From the NCBI RefSeq assembly GCF_018350175.1, contig NC_058369.1, positions 27,964,001-28,028,000 of the forward strand: 64,000 bases of DNA, in the 5' to 3' direction. Shown in pieces: positions 63,919 through 64,000 of the stretch. Position numbers and translations under genes: made by a program. Under the pieces are notes generated by a model. That model saw only the letters and a list, made by a program, of their open reading frames with translations, was not told the DNA's origin and ran no database searches. Within the stretch, counting starts at the first letter, position 1. Every line of letters begins with the position of its first letter. This DNA comes from Felis catus. Lineage: Eukaryota.

Positions 63919-64000
63919 AATGTGCCTTTGGTGTTTAAGGGTTGCTGGCTTCTTTATTTCTAGGGCTGGGATATCTAAGGCAAAAATAAAAGCTAAGGAA

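Noticed and set aside
1..64000. CRISPR arrays, operons or other prokaryotic/phage systems
   Set aside because: Sequence is mammalian; no regularly spaced repeat-spacer array and no gene-dense region

Overview
Mammalian nuclear DNA from a felid (cat family), judged from many tRNA-derived Can-SINEs, including five near-identical, CpG-rich young felid-type copies. The window is AT-rich, has no CpG island, and is roughly half transposable elements: about 25 SINEs, several nested L1 fragments, MaLR/ERV solo LTRs, hAT-Charlie MITEs, and MIR/L2 relics. I recognise no known protein-coding exon, RNA gene or CRISPR array. The supplied ORFs are mostly repeat- or microsatellite-derived. Most L1 and LTR copies lie on the + strand, which suggests a long intron of a minus-strand gene, but I cannot name the host. 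Best leads: (1) phase-compatible minus-strand exon candidates starting at a strong-Kozak ATG (52398); (2) a 32-codon strong-Kozak sORF with a C-terminal hydrophobic helix (56758-56856); (3) two independent (AT)n-centred perfect fold-back palindromes inside L1 copies (48371-48442 and 24084-24127); (4) a first-exon-like cassette between two MER34-like LTRs. The coding and regulatory leads are speculative, and I found no convincing novel biological system. Repeat subfamily names come from recalled consensus sequences and need RepeatMasker/Dfam confirmation.
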